From a virus: a stretch of 64,000 nucleotides of DNA. Shown here one piece after another: positions 28,783-38,900 of this stretch. The position numbers and the translations under genes are program-made. Under the pieces are notes generated by a model. The model did no database searches. It had not been told where the DNA came from and saw nothing but the letters and a program-made list of their open reading frames with translations. The stretch is from the IMG/VR virus record IMGVR_UViG_3300022602_000001. The stretch is one strand, 5' to 3'. Every line of letters begins with the position of its first letter. Positions within the stretch are counted from its first letter, which is position 1.

Positions 28783-28805
28783 AAAAAAACAAAAAACAAA
28801 AAAAC

Positions 28806-30521
28806 ATGGCAAACTTAGTACAAAATTTATTGAATGAATCTGCCCAAAACGCGCAGGCTGCACAGTTCACTGTGGCCCAGCGCTTGGCAAAAAAATGGGC
28901 AAAGTCCGGCCTGTTGGAAGGTCTTCAGGACTATGACCGCGCAAACATGTCAATGATACTTGAAAATCAGGCAAAGCAGCTGATCGTTGAGTCATCACAG
29001 ACCAACGGCAACGTGTCATCCGCAAACGGTGCAACCTTCACTCCAGGAAACGGTGAGCAGTGGGCTGGTGTGGCTCTTCCACTGGTTAGAAAGATATTTG
29101 GCCAGATAGCTGCAAAGGAGTTTGTTAGCGTTCAGCCGATGAACCTTCCTGCTGGCTTGGTGTTCTACCTTGACTTCCAGTACGGCGGCGCAAATGGCGT
29201 TAACTCTCCTTTTGGATACGCAGGCTCTGTGTACGGCGTGCAGTCTCAGAACTTTGGAAACTACGCGTCTGGCGGCCTTTACGGAGCTGGAAAGTACAAC
29301 TACTCATTGAACGCATTCTCTGCATCTGTGAGCGCTTCTTCAATTGCAACTTCTTCTCAGGTTCCTTACACGGCCATCAGCTTTGACGCAAACTACAGCG
29401 CATCTTTGGCCGCAGGTCAGATATTTACGCTGACCATCAACAGCGCTTCAGTGGCACTTCCAAACTTGAACTACAACGGCGTTAGAGCGTTTGAGTACAG
29501 CTCAGGATCTACCATCAGCATATCAAACTGCTTGAACCAATTCACAAAGTACACGGGCCTTCCAATACAGGGCGGAACAGACCAGATCACTTTTGTGTTC
29601 ACTGGTTCTCTGACAGGCACTCAGTACGGACTTCTTACTGGTTCTCAGACCAGCACAGTGTACTACAACAAGATGACAGACTTCAACGCAAGAGGTGACT
29701 TCGAGGACAGATCATCAAGTCAGGGCCTATCTGTGCCAAACGCTTACAGCCCATCTCAGATCTACATCCCAGAGGTGAACGTTCAGATGAAGTCACAGAC
29801 AATCTCTGCAAAGACCCGCAAGCTTAAAGCACAGTGGACTCCGGAGTTTGCTGTGGACCTGAACGCATACCACAGCTTGGACGCTGAGGCAGAGCTGACA
29901 GGGCTTTTGTCTGAGTACATCTCATTGGAGATCGACCTGGAGATCCTTGACATGTTGATCCAGAACTCACCAACCGTTCTTCAGTGGTCAGCAAAGATAG
30001 GTAACCAGATAGATCCAACCGGAACTTTCTTCCAGTCTAACACAGCTGGTGCCTACTACAACCAAATGACCTGGTTCCAGACCATAGGCATAAAGCTTCA
30101 GAAGGTGTCCAACCTGATCCACCAGCGCACGCTGCGCGGAGGTGCAAACTTCATGGTGGTTTCTCCTGCCGTTGCAACTATCCTGGAGTCAATCCCTGGA
30201 TTTGCTGCTGACACGGACGGTGCAGCTGACACAATGAAGTACGCCTTTGGAGTTCAGAAGATAGGAAGCTTGAACAGCCGCTACAAGGTTTACAAGAATC
30301 CTTACATGCTGGAGAACTTCATTCTGTTGGGCTTCAGGGGCAACCAGTTCTTGGAGTGCGGAGCGGTTTACTCTCCATACGTGCCTTTGATAATGACTCC
30401 GCTGATCTACGATCCGACAACGTTCACACCTCGTAAGGGGATAATGACGCGTTACGCGATGACCATGATCAGACCGGAATTTTATGGAGGCGTTCAGGTA
30501 GCAGACTTGAACATAGTGTAA
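28806..30521 (+). CDS. Major capsid protein (gp23-like)
   Basis: KWAKSGLLEG, LENQA, VQPM, KTRKLKAQWTPE, YSPYVPL, FTPRKGIMTRY; Ser/Thr-rich central insertion. Confidence 0.95.
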   Translation: MANLVQNLLNESAQNAQAAQFTVAQRLAKKWAKSGLLEGLQDYDRANMSMILENQAKQLIVESSQTNGNVSSANGATFTPGNGEQWAGVALPLVRKIFGQIAAKEFVSVQPMNLPAGLVFYLDFQYGGANGVNSPFGYAGSVYGVQSQNFGNYASGGLYGAGKYNYSLNAFSASVSASSIATSSQVPYTAISFDANYSASLAAGQIFTLTINSASVALPNLNYNGVRAFEYSSGSTISISNCLNQFTKYTGLPIQGGTDQITFVFTGSLTGTQYGLLTGSQTSTVYYNKMTDFNARGDFEDRSSSQGLSVPNAYSPSQIYIPEVNVQMKSQTISAKTRKLKAQWTPEFAVDLNAYHSLDAEAELTGLLSEYISLEIDLEILDMLIQNSPTVLQWSAKIGNQIDPTGTFFQSNTAGAYYNQMTWFQTIGIKLQKVSNLIHQRTLRGGANFMVVSPAVATILESIPGFAADTDGAADTMKYAFGVQKIGSLNSRYKVYKNPYMLENFILLGFRGNQFLECGAVYSPYVPLIMTPLIYDPTTFTPRKGIMTRYAMTMIRPEFYGGVQVADLNIV

Positions 30522-30550
30522 ATGAACAAAAATCAGTAAGCTAAAAATAA

Positions 30551-30578
30551 AATGCCCCAAGAAATTGGGGCATTTTTT
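30551..30578 (+). terminator. Rho-independent terminator after major capsid gene
   Basis: AATGCCCCAA-GAAA-TTGGGGCATT followed by T run. Confidence 0.9.
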
Positions 30579-30652
30579 ATTCACATTCTTTTATTATTTC
30601 ACTTTCACAGCATCTTTTTGTATAATTATAATTGAACCAAAAATAGGTGTGA

Positions 30653-32209
30653 ATGAAGAATTGTTTGAAGTGCGGAAAGGAACTAAGCAAACGTCAGGCC
30701 TACTACTGCTCCAACGAGTGCAAGCTGACCCACAGAGAGGGAATAGAGAAGAGGACAGGCAAACGCCCAAAGCAGGAGCCAAACAAAAGAGCAGTCTGCA
30801 GGATAGACGGAAAATCATTTAGGGACTTCAACAACTACTCAGGAGCTCTCTCAAAGCACTTGAGAAGCTTAGAAATAACTGAGTTCTCTGACGTCTTTGA
30901 GCACTTTGACGTGGTGGAAGAAGCCCCAACCACAGAGGAAAGGTGGCACTGCAAATACTGCAACTGGTCCACAAAGGACTCAAAAAACAAGTCGGGCTGT
31001 ATAACCAACCACATAAAATCCCACAAAATAACCATCCAGGACCACATGGACGATCACCCAGAGGACAAGGGCCTGTGGATCTACAGCCCAACCAAGGAGG
31101 TGAAGGACTACATACTTTTAAAGGACAGCGACTCCTACATAGAGTGCAGGGAGTGTGGAGAGAAGTTCAAGAGGCTCACAAAGACCCATCTAAAGTTCCA
31201 TGGACTGACCCTGAAGCAGTACAGAGCAAAGCACCAAATTGAAAATTTGACCAGCAAAACAACAATACAGAAGTTCAGAGACTCCTACAAAAAGCACACA
31301 AACAAAATAAACAGGGTAAAGAAGGTGTCGAAAATAGAGCTCGAGCTGGGAGAGTGGCTGAGGTCCTTGGGAGAGGAGGTGGAGTACTCAAACAGGAAAG
31401 TGATAGCTCCCTACGAGCTGGACGTATTTTTAAGAGCACACAACTTGGCAATTGAGGTAAACGGGCTGTACTGGCACAGCGAGGCCCACGGAAAGAAGCA
31501 CAAGAACTACCATTTGTCAAAGCTGGAAATGTGCGAAAAGGCAGGAGTGAGCCTGGTGCAAATATTTGACGACGAGTGGAAGGACAAGCAGGAAATCATC
31601 AAAAGCAAGATACTGAGCAAAATAGGCAGGTCAAAGACAAGGATTTATGCAAGAAACTGCTCAGTAAAGGAGATTGGCGACAAAAAGATAAAGTCTCAAT
31701 TTTTGAAAGCAAACCACGTCCAGTCGGACGACAGGTCAAAGGTGGCTCTGGGGCTGTACCACAAAGACGAGCTGGTGGCAGTAATGACGTTTGGCCCATT
31801 GAGGAGGGCGCTGGGACAGAGCAAAAAAGACGGACACTACGAGCTTGTAAGGTACTGCACGTCTGACTGCGTGGTGGGCGGCGCCTCAAAGCTGTTCAAG
31901 CATTTTTTGGCCCTGTACAGTCCTGACTCCGTTGTTTCCTACGCCGACAGGAGGTACTCTAGCTCTGTAAAGTCCACACTGTACGACAGCCTGGGCTTTA
32001 AGTTGGTGGGATCGACTCCACCAAACTACTGGTACACAAAGGACTTCAGAAAAAAACTCCACAGGTACAACTTCACAAAATCAAGGCTGGTCAAGGAGTT
32101 TGGAGCGGATCCATCGAACACTGAGTTTAGGATAATGTCTGAGCTTGGGTACGACAGAGTTTGGGACTGCGGAAGTTTGAAGTACGTGTATCCAAAGAGC
32201 AAAAATTGA
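30653..32209 (+). CDS. Zn-finger / Vsr-like (Hef-type) putative homing endonuclease
   Basis: Several CxxC and C2H2 fingers; ELDVF..LAIEVNGLYWHSE; IYARNC; GGASKL; SYADRR; RVWDCG. Confidence 0.75.
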   Translation: MKNCLKCGKELSKRQAYYCSNECKLTHREGIEKRTGKRPKQEPNKRAVCRIDGKSFRDFNNYSGALSKHLRSLEITEFSDVFEHFDVVEEAPTTEERWHCKYCNWSTKDSKNKSGCITNHIKSHKITIQDHMDDHPEDKGLWIYSPTKEVKDYILLKDSDSYIECRECGEKFKRLTKTHLKFHGLTLKQYRAKHQIENLTSKTTIQKFRDSYKKHTNKINRVKKVSKIELELGEWLRSLGEEVEYSNRKVIAPYELDVFLRAHNLAIEVNGLYWHSEAHGKKHKNYHLSKLEMCEKAGVSLVQIFDDEWKDKQEIIKSKILSKIGRSKTRIYARNCSVKEIGDKKIKSQFLKANHVQSDDRSKVALGLYHKDELVAVMTFGPLRRALGQSKKDGHYELVRYCTSDCVVGGASKLFKHFLALYSPDSVVSYADRRYSSSVKSTLYDSLGFKLVGSTPPNYWYTKDFRKKLHRYNFTKSRLVKEFGADPSNTEFRIMSELGYDRVWDCGSLKYVYPKSKN

Positions 32210-32232
32210 TTGAACCACAAGCAGTCTTTTGG

Positions 32233-32258
32233 TGCCCCAAGAAATTGGGGCATTTTTT
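32233..32258 (+). terminator. Second identical terminator (26-bp direct repeat of 30553-30578)
   Basis: TGCCCCAAGAAATTGGGGCATTTTTT repeated exactly. Confidence 0.9.
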
Positions 32259-32308
32259 GTTTTGGAAACAACCGTCATTGTCTCATATTTATTTAAAATA
32301 AAAACAGC

Positions 32309-32980
32309 ATGCTGGAAACAGAAGAGCCAAAGAAGAAACCAAAAGGACCTATCAAATTCAATGTGCAACTCAACGATGAACAAAAAGCAGCAAAGCAGGC
32401 AATACTGGAAAACAAAATAACGGTCATAAAGGGGCAGGCGGGATCAGGAAAGTCCCTTGTTGCTGCCCAGGCGGCTCTGGACCTTCTGTTCAGGAAGGAG
32501 GTGACAAAGATAGTGCTGACAAGGCCTGCAGTGACGTCAGGAGAGGAGATCGGGTTCCTTCCAGGAACAAAGGACGAAAAGCTGGCTCCCTACATGGCAG
32601 CAATATACGACAACATGTACACACTGTACAACAAGGAGAAGGTGGACAAGGAGCTCGAGGAGGGAAAGATAGAGGTGATACCCCTTGGATTCATGAGGGG
32701 AAGAAACTTGAGCAACGCATGCGTGCTGGTGGACGAGGGACAGAACATAACAAACAGGCAGATGGAGCTTCTATTTGGGAGGATATGCAATGGAACCAGA
32801 ATGATAATATGCGGAGACAGCGTTCAGATAGACCTAAAGGACAGGTCATCTTCTGGGTTCAACTTTGTCTGCAACAACTTGAAGGAAATACCCGGGTTCA
32901 AGGTGATCACATTAAAGACCAACCACAGGGACCCAATAGTTGAATCAATACTTGAAGTTTACAGACAAAACGACAACTGA
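32309..32980 (+). CDS. phoH: PhoH-family ATPase
   Basis: GQAGSGKS, LTRPAV, IGFLPG, FMRGR, DEGQN, GDSVQID. Confidence 0.93.
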   Translation: MLETEEPKKKPKGPIKFNVQLNDEQKAAKQAILENKITVIKGQAGSGKSLVAAQAALDLLFRKEVTKIVLTRPAVTSGEEIGFLPGTKDEKLAPYMAAIYDNMYTLYNKEKVDKELEEGKIEVIPLGFMRGRNLSNACVLVDEGQNITNRQMELLFGRICNGTRMIICGDSVQIDLKDRSSSGFNFVCNNLKEIPGFKVITLKTNHRDPIVESILEVYRQNDN

Positions 32981-34152
32981 TGGCAAACCCAATAATATAC
33001 ACAGGATCTGCACAGCCCATATCAGGAAGCACTCCTTTTGGATTCTACGACTCCGATCTGTCCTACCAAAACGACGGCCCCAGAGTGGTCAACTATGTGT
33101 GCACAAAGCTGGGCTACCCAATAATGGACGTGGAGCTTCAGGACACTCAGGTGTACGCCTGCTTTGAGGAGGCGGTTTCTGTGTACGCGGAGGAAGTGTA
33201 CCAGTCGAAGATAAAGGACAACTACTTCTCTTTGGAGGGAGCCACGACCTCCTCCTTGCTGAACAATCAGGTGGTCGTTCCGACAATAAACTCAATAGTC
33301 AACATAGCGGACAACTTTGGATCGTACGTTGGAGTGGGTGGGCTAATGACTTGGTACAGCGCATCTCTGTCACTGACGGCAAGCCAGCAGGCCTACGACA
33401 TGCAGGCGTGGGCGGTTCAGAACGGAATAATATCATCAAGCACAAGCGACAGGATCATCATACAGAGGATATTCTACCAATCGCCTCCTGCAATAAATCA
33501 GTACTACGACCCGTTCATAGGAGGATCGATAAACTACCAAGGAGCAACGGAGAACTTTGGATGGGCCAGTTACTCGCCAGGTCTCAATTTCCAGTTGTTT
33601 CCGGTTTACTGGGACATTCAGAGGATACAGGAGATAGAGATGTCGAACGAGGTGAGAGTGTCAAAGTACACCTTTGAGCTCACAAACAACGTGCTGAAGA
33701 TATTCCCTGCCCCTGACATGGGTGGACTGGTCCTTTGGTTCGAGTACTCCCTAAAGAGCGACTACTCCAGCGTAGCAAAGAACAGTCCTTACGGAAGCAA
33801 CCAAGGCCTGGTGACAAATCCGTCCAACGTGCCGTACGGAACGATGACGTACTCCCAGATAAACCAGCCAGGAAAGCAGTGGATCTACGAGTACACTCTG
33901 GCCCTTTCGTCGGAGCTTCTTGGTCTAATAAGAGGAAAGTACCAACAAGTGGCAATACCCGGCTCAGAGGTTACCCTAAACGGGTCAGACCTCATAGCAA
34001 AGGCAAACACTGCAAAGGAGTCTCTCAGAGAGAAGCTGAGGCAGGACCTAGACGACATGAGCAGAAGATCACAACTGGAGAGGAAACAGTCGGAGAACGA
34101 GTCCATGTCGAACACGCTGAACCAGGTGCCACTATTTATTTACATTGGATAA
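32980..34152 (+). CDS. Neck/head-tail adaptor protein (gp13-like)
   Basis: KLGYPIMDVEL, WIYEYTLAL, RGKY...IPG..VTLNG. Confidence 0.8.
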   Translation: MANPIIYTGSAQPISGSTPFGFYDSDLSYQNDGPRVVNYVCTKLGYPIMDVELQDTQVYACFEEAVSVYAEEVYQSKIKDNYFSLEGATTSSLLNNQVVVPTINSIVNIADNFGSYVGVGGLMTWYSASLSLTASQQAYDMQAWAVQNGIISSSTSDRIIIQRIFYQSPPAINQYYDPFIGGSINYQGATENFGWASYSPGLNFQLFPVYWDIQRIQEIEMSNEVRVSKYTFELTNNVLKIFPAPDMGGLVLWFEYSLKSDYSSVAKNSPYGSNQGLVTNPSNVPYGTMTYSQINQPGKQWIYEYTLALSSELLGLIRGKYQQVAIPGSEVTLNGSDLIAKANTAKESLREKLRQDLDDMSRRSQLERKQSENESMSNTLNQVPLFIYIG

Positions 34153-34172
34153 TTTCAGACTAATAGACCAAC

Positions 34173-34667
34173 ATGGCAATATTTGGATCCAGCAGAGACA
34201 TACAGATGTTCAAAGGAATAAGCTACGAGTTCGTTGAGAACGTGGCAAGCCAGCAGTGCGGATACTACAAGGTGGTGCTGTCTGACACCCCGCCGAACGT
34301 CTACGGAGAGGCTGCAGAAAAGCAGTACATAGGCCCTGTTCTTCTCTGGACACTGGTTAAGAGGGGAGACTTTTCCTTTCAGGACTGGAACGACCAGTCT
34401 ACTGACGTTCAGAGGGAGGTGACTTTCAGGTTCTTCAAGGACCACTTAATTAATGCAAACGTGTTTCCTGAGGTTGGAGACATAGTGATGTACAACGAGC
34501 TGTACTTTGAGGTAGACAACGTGAATGAGAACCAACTGATAATGGGAAAGGATCCAAATTACAGCTACTCTAGTGGGCTGAACAATTTTGGATCTTCCTA
34601 CTCAATAATATTAAAAACTCACTACACAAGCCCAGACAGGCTTGGTATCCAAAAACAAAGAGTGTAA
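34173..34667 (+). CDS. Neck/head completion protein (gp14-like)
   Basis: NVYGEA, PEVGDIV, FEVDNV; synteny. Confidence 0.7.
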   Translation: MAIFGSSRDIQMFKGISYEFVENVASQQCGYYKVVLSDTPPNVYGEAAEKQYIGPVLLWTLVKRGDFSFQDWNDQSTDVQREVTFRFFKDHLINANVFPEVGDIVMYNELYFEVDNVNENQLIMGKDPNYSYSSGLNNFGSSYSIILKTHYTSPDRLGIQKQRV

Positions 34668-34670
34668 CAG

Positions 34671-35951
34671 ATGGCAAGTCAGGTAACAAGGCCACAAAAT
34701 AGACAGGAGTTCATGGACAAGCTGGTCATGCCGTACCTTCCATCTTTGGGAAATCCAAATACAGTTTTTTCTGAACCACAAAAGTTGGGACAGCCTGAAA
34801 TCAATCGAGCGCTAGAGGTCACTCTAAGGAATGACACCAACAAAGACTTTTCAATAGGAATAAAGGACTTCGACGAGGCGCTGAAGTACTACTTTGACAA
34901 CATCTTAAAATTGTCAGTGACCCAGAATGGAACCAGGGTGGACGTCCCCGTTCTGTACGGCAACCAGGAGAACTGGAAGGACATTCAGCTTGAGGGCTAC
35001 CTGAGAGACAAGAATGGAAAGATGATGGCGCCCATGCTGTTCTTCAGAAGGACTGGCATAGAGCAGAACAGAACACTGGGATTCAAGTTGGACGGGAACC
35101 AGGCGCACAATCTGCAGTACTTTGAGGGAAGCTACGACAGACGGAACGTCTACTCAAACTTCAATGTGCTCAATTCAAGAGTACCAACAAAAAAGTACAT
35201 TGTCTCCGTTACTCCAGACTACGTCACCGTCAGCTACTCTTGCATAGTGTGGACCTACTACGTGGAGCAGATGGACAAGCTGGTGGAGTCTTTGAACTTT
35301 GCGGCAAGGAGCTACTGGGGAGACCCAAACAAATTTCTGTTCTACACGGACATTGAGAGCTTCAGCGAGACCCTTCAGTACAACATAGGAACAGACAGAT
35401 CAGTCAGAAACGATTTCACCTTAAAGCTAAACGGGTACCTCATACCAGATTCAATAAATGCAAAGTTGTCCGCTGGAAACAGAGTGTACAGCATAGCAAA
35501 CATATCCTTTGGGCTGGAAACTGCCACCAGCTTTGAGCAGTTCCAGGCGAACTTGGCCAAGCCAAAGTCTTCTCAAATTGCAGCAGTTGCAGCAAACGAC
35601 TCTGTGAACGTGACAAACAACACAACAGTACAGACCGTCTACAGTGGAAGCCTACCAAGCTCTGTGTCAGCTTATCTTCTGCAGACGAAGCAGGTGCAGG
35701 GTACCTACGTGGCTGCAAACACGGTAATATTTGCGGACGGGTGGGCAGTACCACCTTCTGGATACAGCCTTCCGAGCAACACGGTGGCAAACTTCAACTT
35801 TTTTGTCAACTCTACTCTGATAGACCCTGGAGCTGTGGTGAGCTTTGTGGACAACTTGAACAGCACGAGTACACTGACAATAAACACGGGGTCTCTCGGC
35901 TTTGGCTTTGATTCTTCCGACACAATATACGCAATAGGTAAATTCGCATAA
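34671..35951 (+). CDS. Tail terminator/sheath stabiliser-like protein (gp15-like)
   Basis: VPVLYGNQENW, PDYVTVSY, EQMDKLVE; C-terminal beta-rich extension. Confidence 0.65.
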   Translation: MASQVTRPQNRQEFMDKLVMPYLPSLGNPNTVFSEPQKLGQPEINRALEVTLRNDTNKDFSIGIKDFDEALKYYFDNILKLSVTQNGTRVDVPVLYGNQENWKDIQLEGYLRDKNGKMMAPMLFFRRTGIEQNRTLGFKLDGNQAHNLQYFEGSYDRRNVYSNFNVLNSRVPTKKYIVSVTPDYVTVSYSCIVWTYYVEQMDKLVESLNFAARSYWGDPNKFLFYTDIESFSETLQYNIGTDRSVRNDFTLKLNGYLIPDSINAKLSAGNRVYSIANISFGLETATSFEQFQANLAKPKSSQIAAVAANDSVNVTNNTTVQTVYSGSLPSSVSAYLLQTKQVQGTYVAANTVIFADGWAVPPSGYSLPSNTVANFNFFVNSTLIDPGAVVSFVDNLNSTSTLTINTGSLGFGFDSSDTIYAIGKFA

Positions 35952-35953
35952 AT

Positions 35954-38900
35954 ATGTCCTACGTAAAGAGCAAGCAAATAGGTTATCCCTTAACTGGATC
36001 ATTCACTGGATCATTTTTTGGAACTTTCAGCGGAAGCATTATTGGAGTGCTGAGCGGGAGCACAAGCAACTCCCTGACTGCATCCACAGCGGTGAGCTCG
36101 TCGTTCTCTTTGACCAGCTCATACACCCTTCAGGTGGCAACTGCCTCATATGCCGTAACATCGTCCTATACGGTGTCTTCTTCCTATGCAACTTCTGCTT
36201 CTTACTCTCTGTCATCTAGCTACGCTGTTAGTTCTTCTTACTCAACTCTGTCGTTGACAAGTTCGTATGCACAGCAAGCTTTGAGTGCATCTTACTCTTA
36301 CACTGCGTCCACCGCAGTAAGTGCATCTTATGCAGTGTCGGCTAGCAATACAGTTAGTGCAACTTCTGCTTCTTACTCCTACACAGCTTCAAGCGCAGTG
36401 AACTCATCAGCTTCGTTAATATCAGTGTCAAGCTCTTACGCTGTCACAGCTAGTTACGCATCCACCTCTTCATTTTCTTTAGTATCTACAACCAGTTCGT
36501 ATTCAATACAGGCATCAAGTGCGTCATACGTTAGCACGGCAAGTTACGTTGCTAGTTCTTCTTATTCTTATCAGTCTTCTACGTCGTCGTATTCGTTGAA
36601 CAGCGGACTGCTCAGCGGAACTTCATCTGCCACATTTGCAACAACTGGAAGCAACGCATTTGTTGGGACTCAGATCATAACAGGATCAATAATTAGCACA
36701 TACAGTGGCAGCTTGGGAAACACTATAAATTTAAGCACAACAACAGGCAGCCTATACGACGGAAATATATACTTTACTCAAACTGGATCAAACCCACAAT
36801 TGTATTTTTTCCAAAATGGAGTTTCTTGGTTTTCAAGCAGAAATAATTCGGTGTTTTTTACGGACGTGTCTTCTTTTTACTTGTCAAGCTATTCAATAAC
36901 TATAACTACAAATGGATCTATAAATCTTAGAGGATACATTTCTTTAGGATACACATCATTCGATTCAGGAATAAATCAGTTCGTGAAGGTCGGTGGAAAT
37001 TATGCGTCGTTTTCTTTTACTGGAAGTTCATCATCCTCCGCCACAAGCATAATTTTTCAGGACAAGAATTATACAGTCGCAGGCCTAGACGACGTGAACA
37101 GTCTAACTTCCTCCTTGTCAAGCAGCTACGTAACTCTAAACACAGCTCAAACTGTGTCCAGCTCAAAGATTTTTGTTGGAAATCAAACTGTCAGCGGAAG
37201 TTTGAGCGTGACAAGCGGCATCACGGGGTCGTTATTTGGAACGGGATCCCAAGCAGTTTCAAGTTCGTACTCAGCAACTGCGTCGTATGCACTTTCCGGC
37301 CCGCTTCTATCTGGTTCCTACATACTGAATACGACATCAACTCAGGTAAGTTCAAGCTTGGCGATCGATGGCACAATTGGAATAGGGCAGTCGGCTAGAC
37401 CAGGAAATAATCTTGACATCCAGTCGTCTATCGGAGGCACAAGCTTTGGCACCTCCGATCCAACTGCCTCTACAGTTCTGTACCTCAACAGGTCTTTTGG
37501 AACTCCAGCTTCACCAACAATTCCAACTAGCACAGGTTCGATAGGGTCCATAAATTTTATGATGTACACTGGTACGGGATCTCCTGACACAACCACCTAT
37601 CGTGAGTCTGCAAAGATAGTGGGAGGGATGGACGGAATTCCAACTTCTTCTTCAATACCTGGATATTTGTCATTCAGAACAACTCCCTCAGGCTCAACAA
37701 GTTCTGTGGAGGCACTGTGCATAAATTCTACAGGTGTATCTGTGTTTGGAGGGTACACTCCAACTGGTTCAGCACTGACCAATGCAAACATATTAAAAGC
37801 AGTAACTAACAGCACAACTGGTTTAGTTGGCTTTCAAAATTTGAATGCTGCTGGATACTCAAGCTTTGATTATTACGATAATACTGGTACGTTTACACTA
37901 AACACTGGATATGCCAACGCAAGCGCTTCAAGCTTTGCTGGTTTAGTTTATTGGAACACCACTAAAGATATGGTGTATGCTTATAATATTATTGAATGGC
38001 TTCGTTTTAACAGCGCAAATAGTAGAGTAGGTTTACTTACACCATCTCCAACCCATACCCTTACTTTAGGTTCAACCGCTACAGGATTGTCGGCTTACAA
38101 CACATCAGACCAAACCACAAACTACGAAAGGATTGTTGGACAGTGGCAATCAAATGCGTATACAATAGGGAGCTATGCTGGTGGAACTGGTACTTTAAGA
38201 TCTATTGTTTTAGGAGTATCTGCTAATACAGGTAGTACAACAATATCAAATGGAAATGCAAGAATATTTACAATAAACTCATCTATATCTGCAACAGCAG
38301 GTTTTTATGATTTCAACTCAATTACTGGTCTCACACCAAGTATAACAACCTTTCAGGGTACAGCAGCAGCTTCAACAAGCTCACAGAATTGGGTGTCAAT
38401 ACAGCCTACAATAAGCCAATCAAGCTCTGCTGGCTACTCTGCTTTGTTGGTGCAGCCGTACGAACAGGCAATTGGTTCAGGCAACAGGTATTTAATAAAT
38501 GCAGGAACAAATTCCGCTTTAAATGGAGCAGGGTCGTTCAACCAACTGTTCTCAGTTGCAAGTAACGGAAAGACTGCCATAGGATCGACCAATAATAGAA
38601 CGTCTGTTTTGGCGGTGACTCCATCACCAACCAACAGCTCAAATGTAGCTTGGGGATCGGTCGGTCCTGTGTTCAGCGTCAATGCAGGGTCAATTGTAGA
38701 CACCACCTCTAGCGGAAGCGTCGCATCAGTCACCGCCATAAGCTCCTTTGCCAATGCAACTCTATCTGCGTCGAGCGCAGTCACGTACTCAAACGCAACA
38801 CTTCTGTACTTGGGCTCTCTTTCAGCAGGAGGCAGTGCGTCTCTAGTAAATCCAACGTCTTTGTACGTGTCAGGATCACAGTATACAGGAAATGTATATG

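Noticed and set aside
30600-30630. Sigma70-type promoter (TTCACA...TATAAT) for the endonuclease gene
   Set aside because: Spacing of about 11 nt is incompatible with a canonical -35/-10 pair
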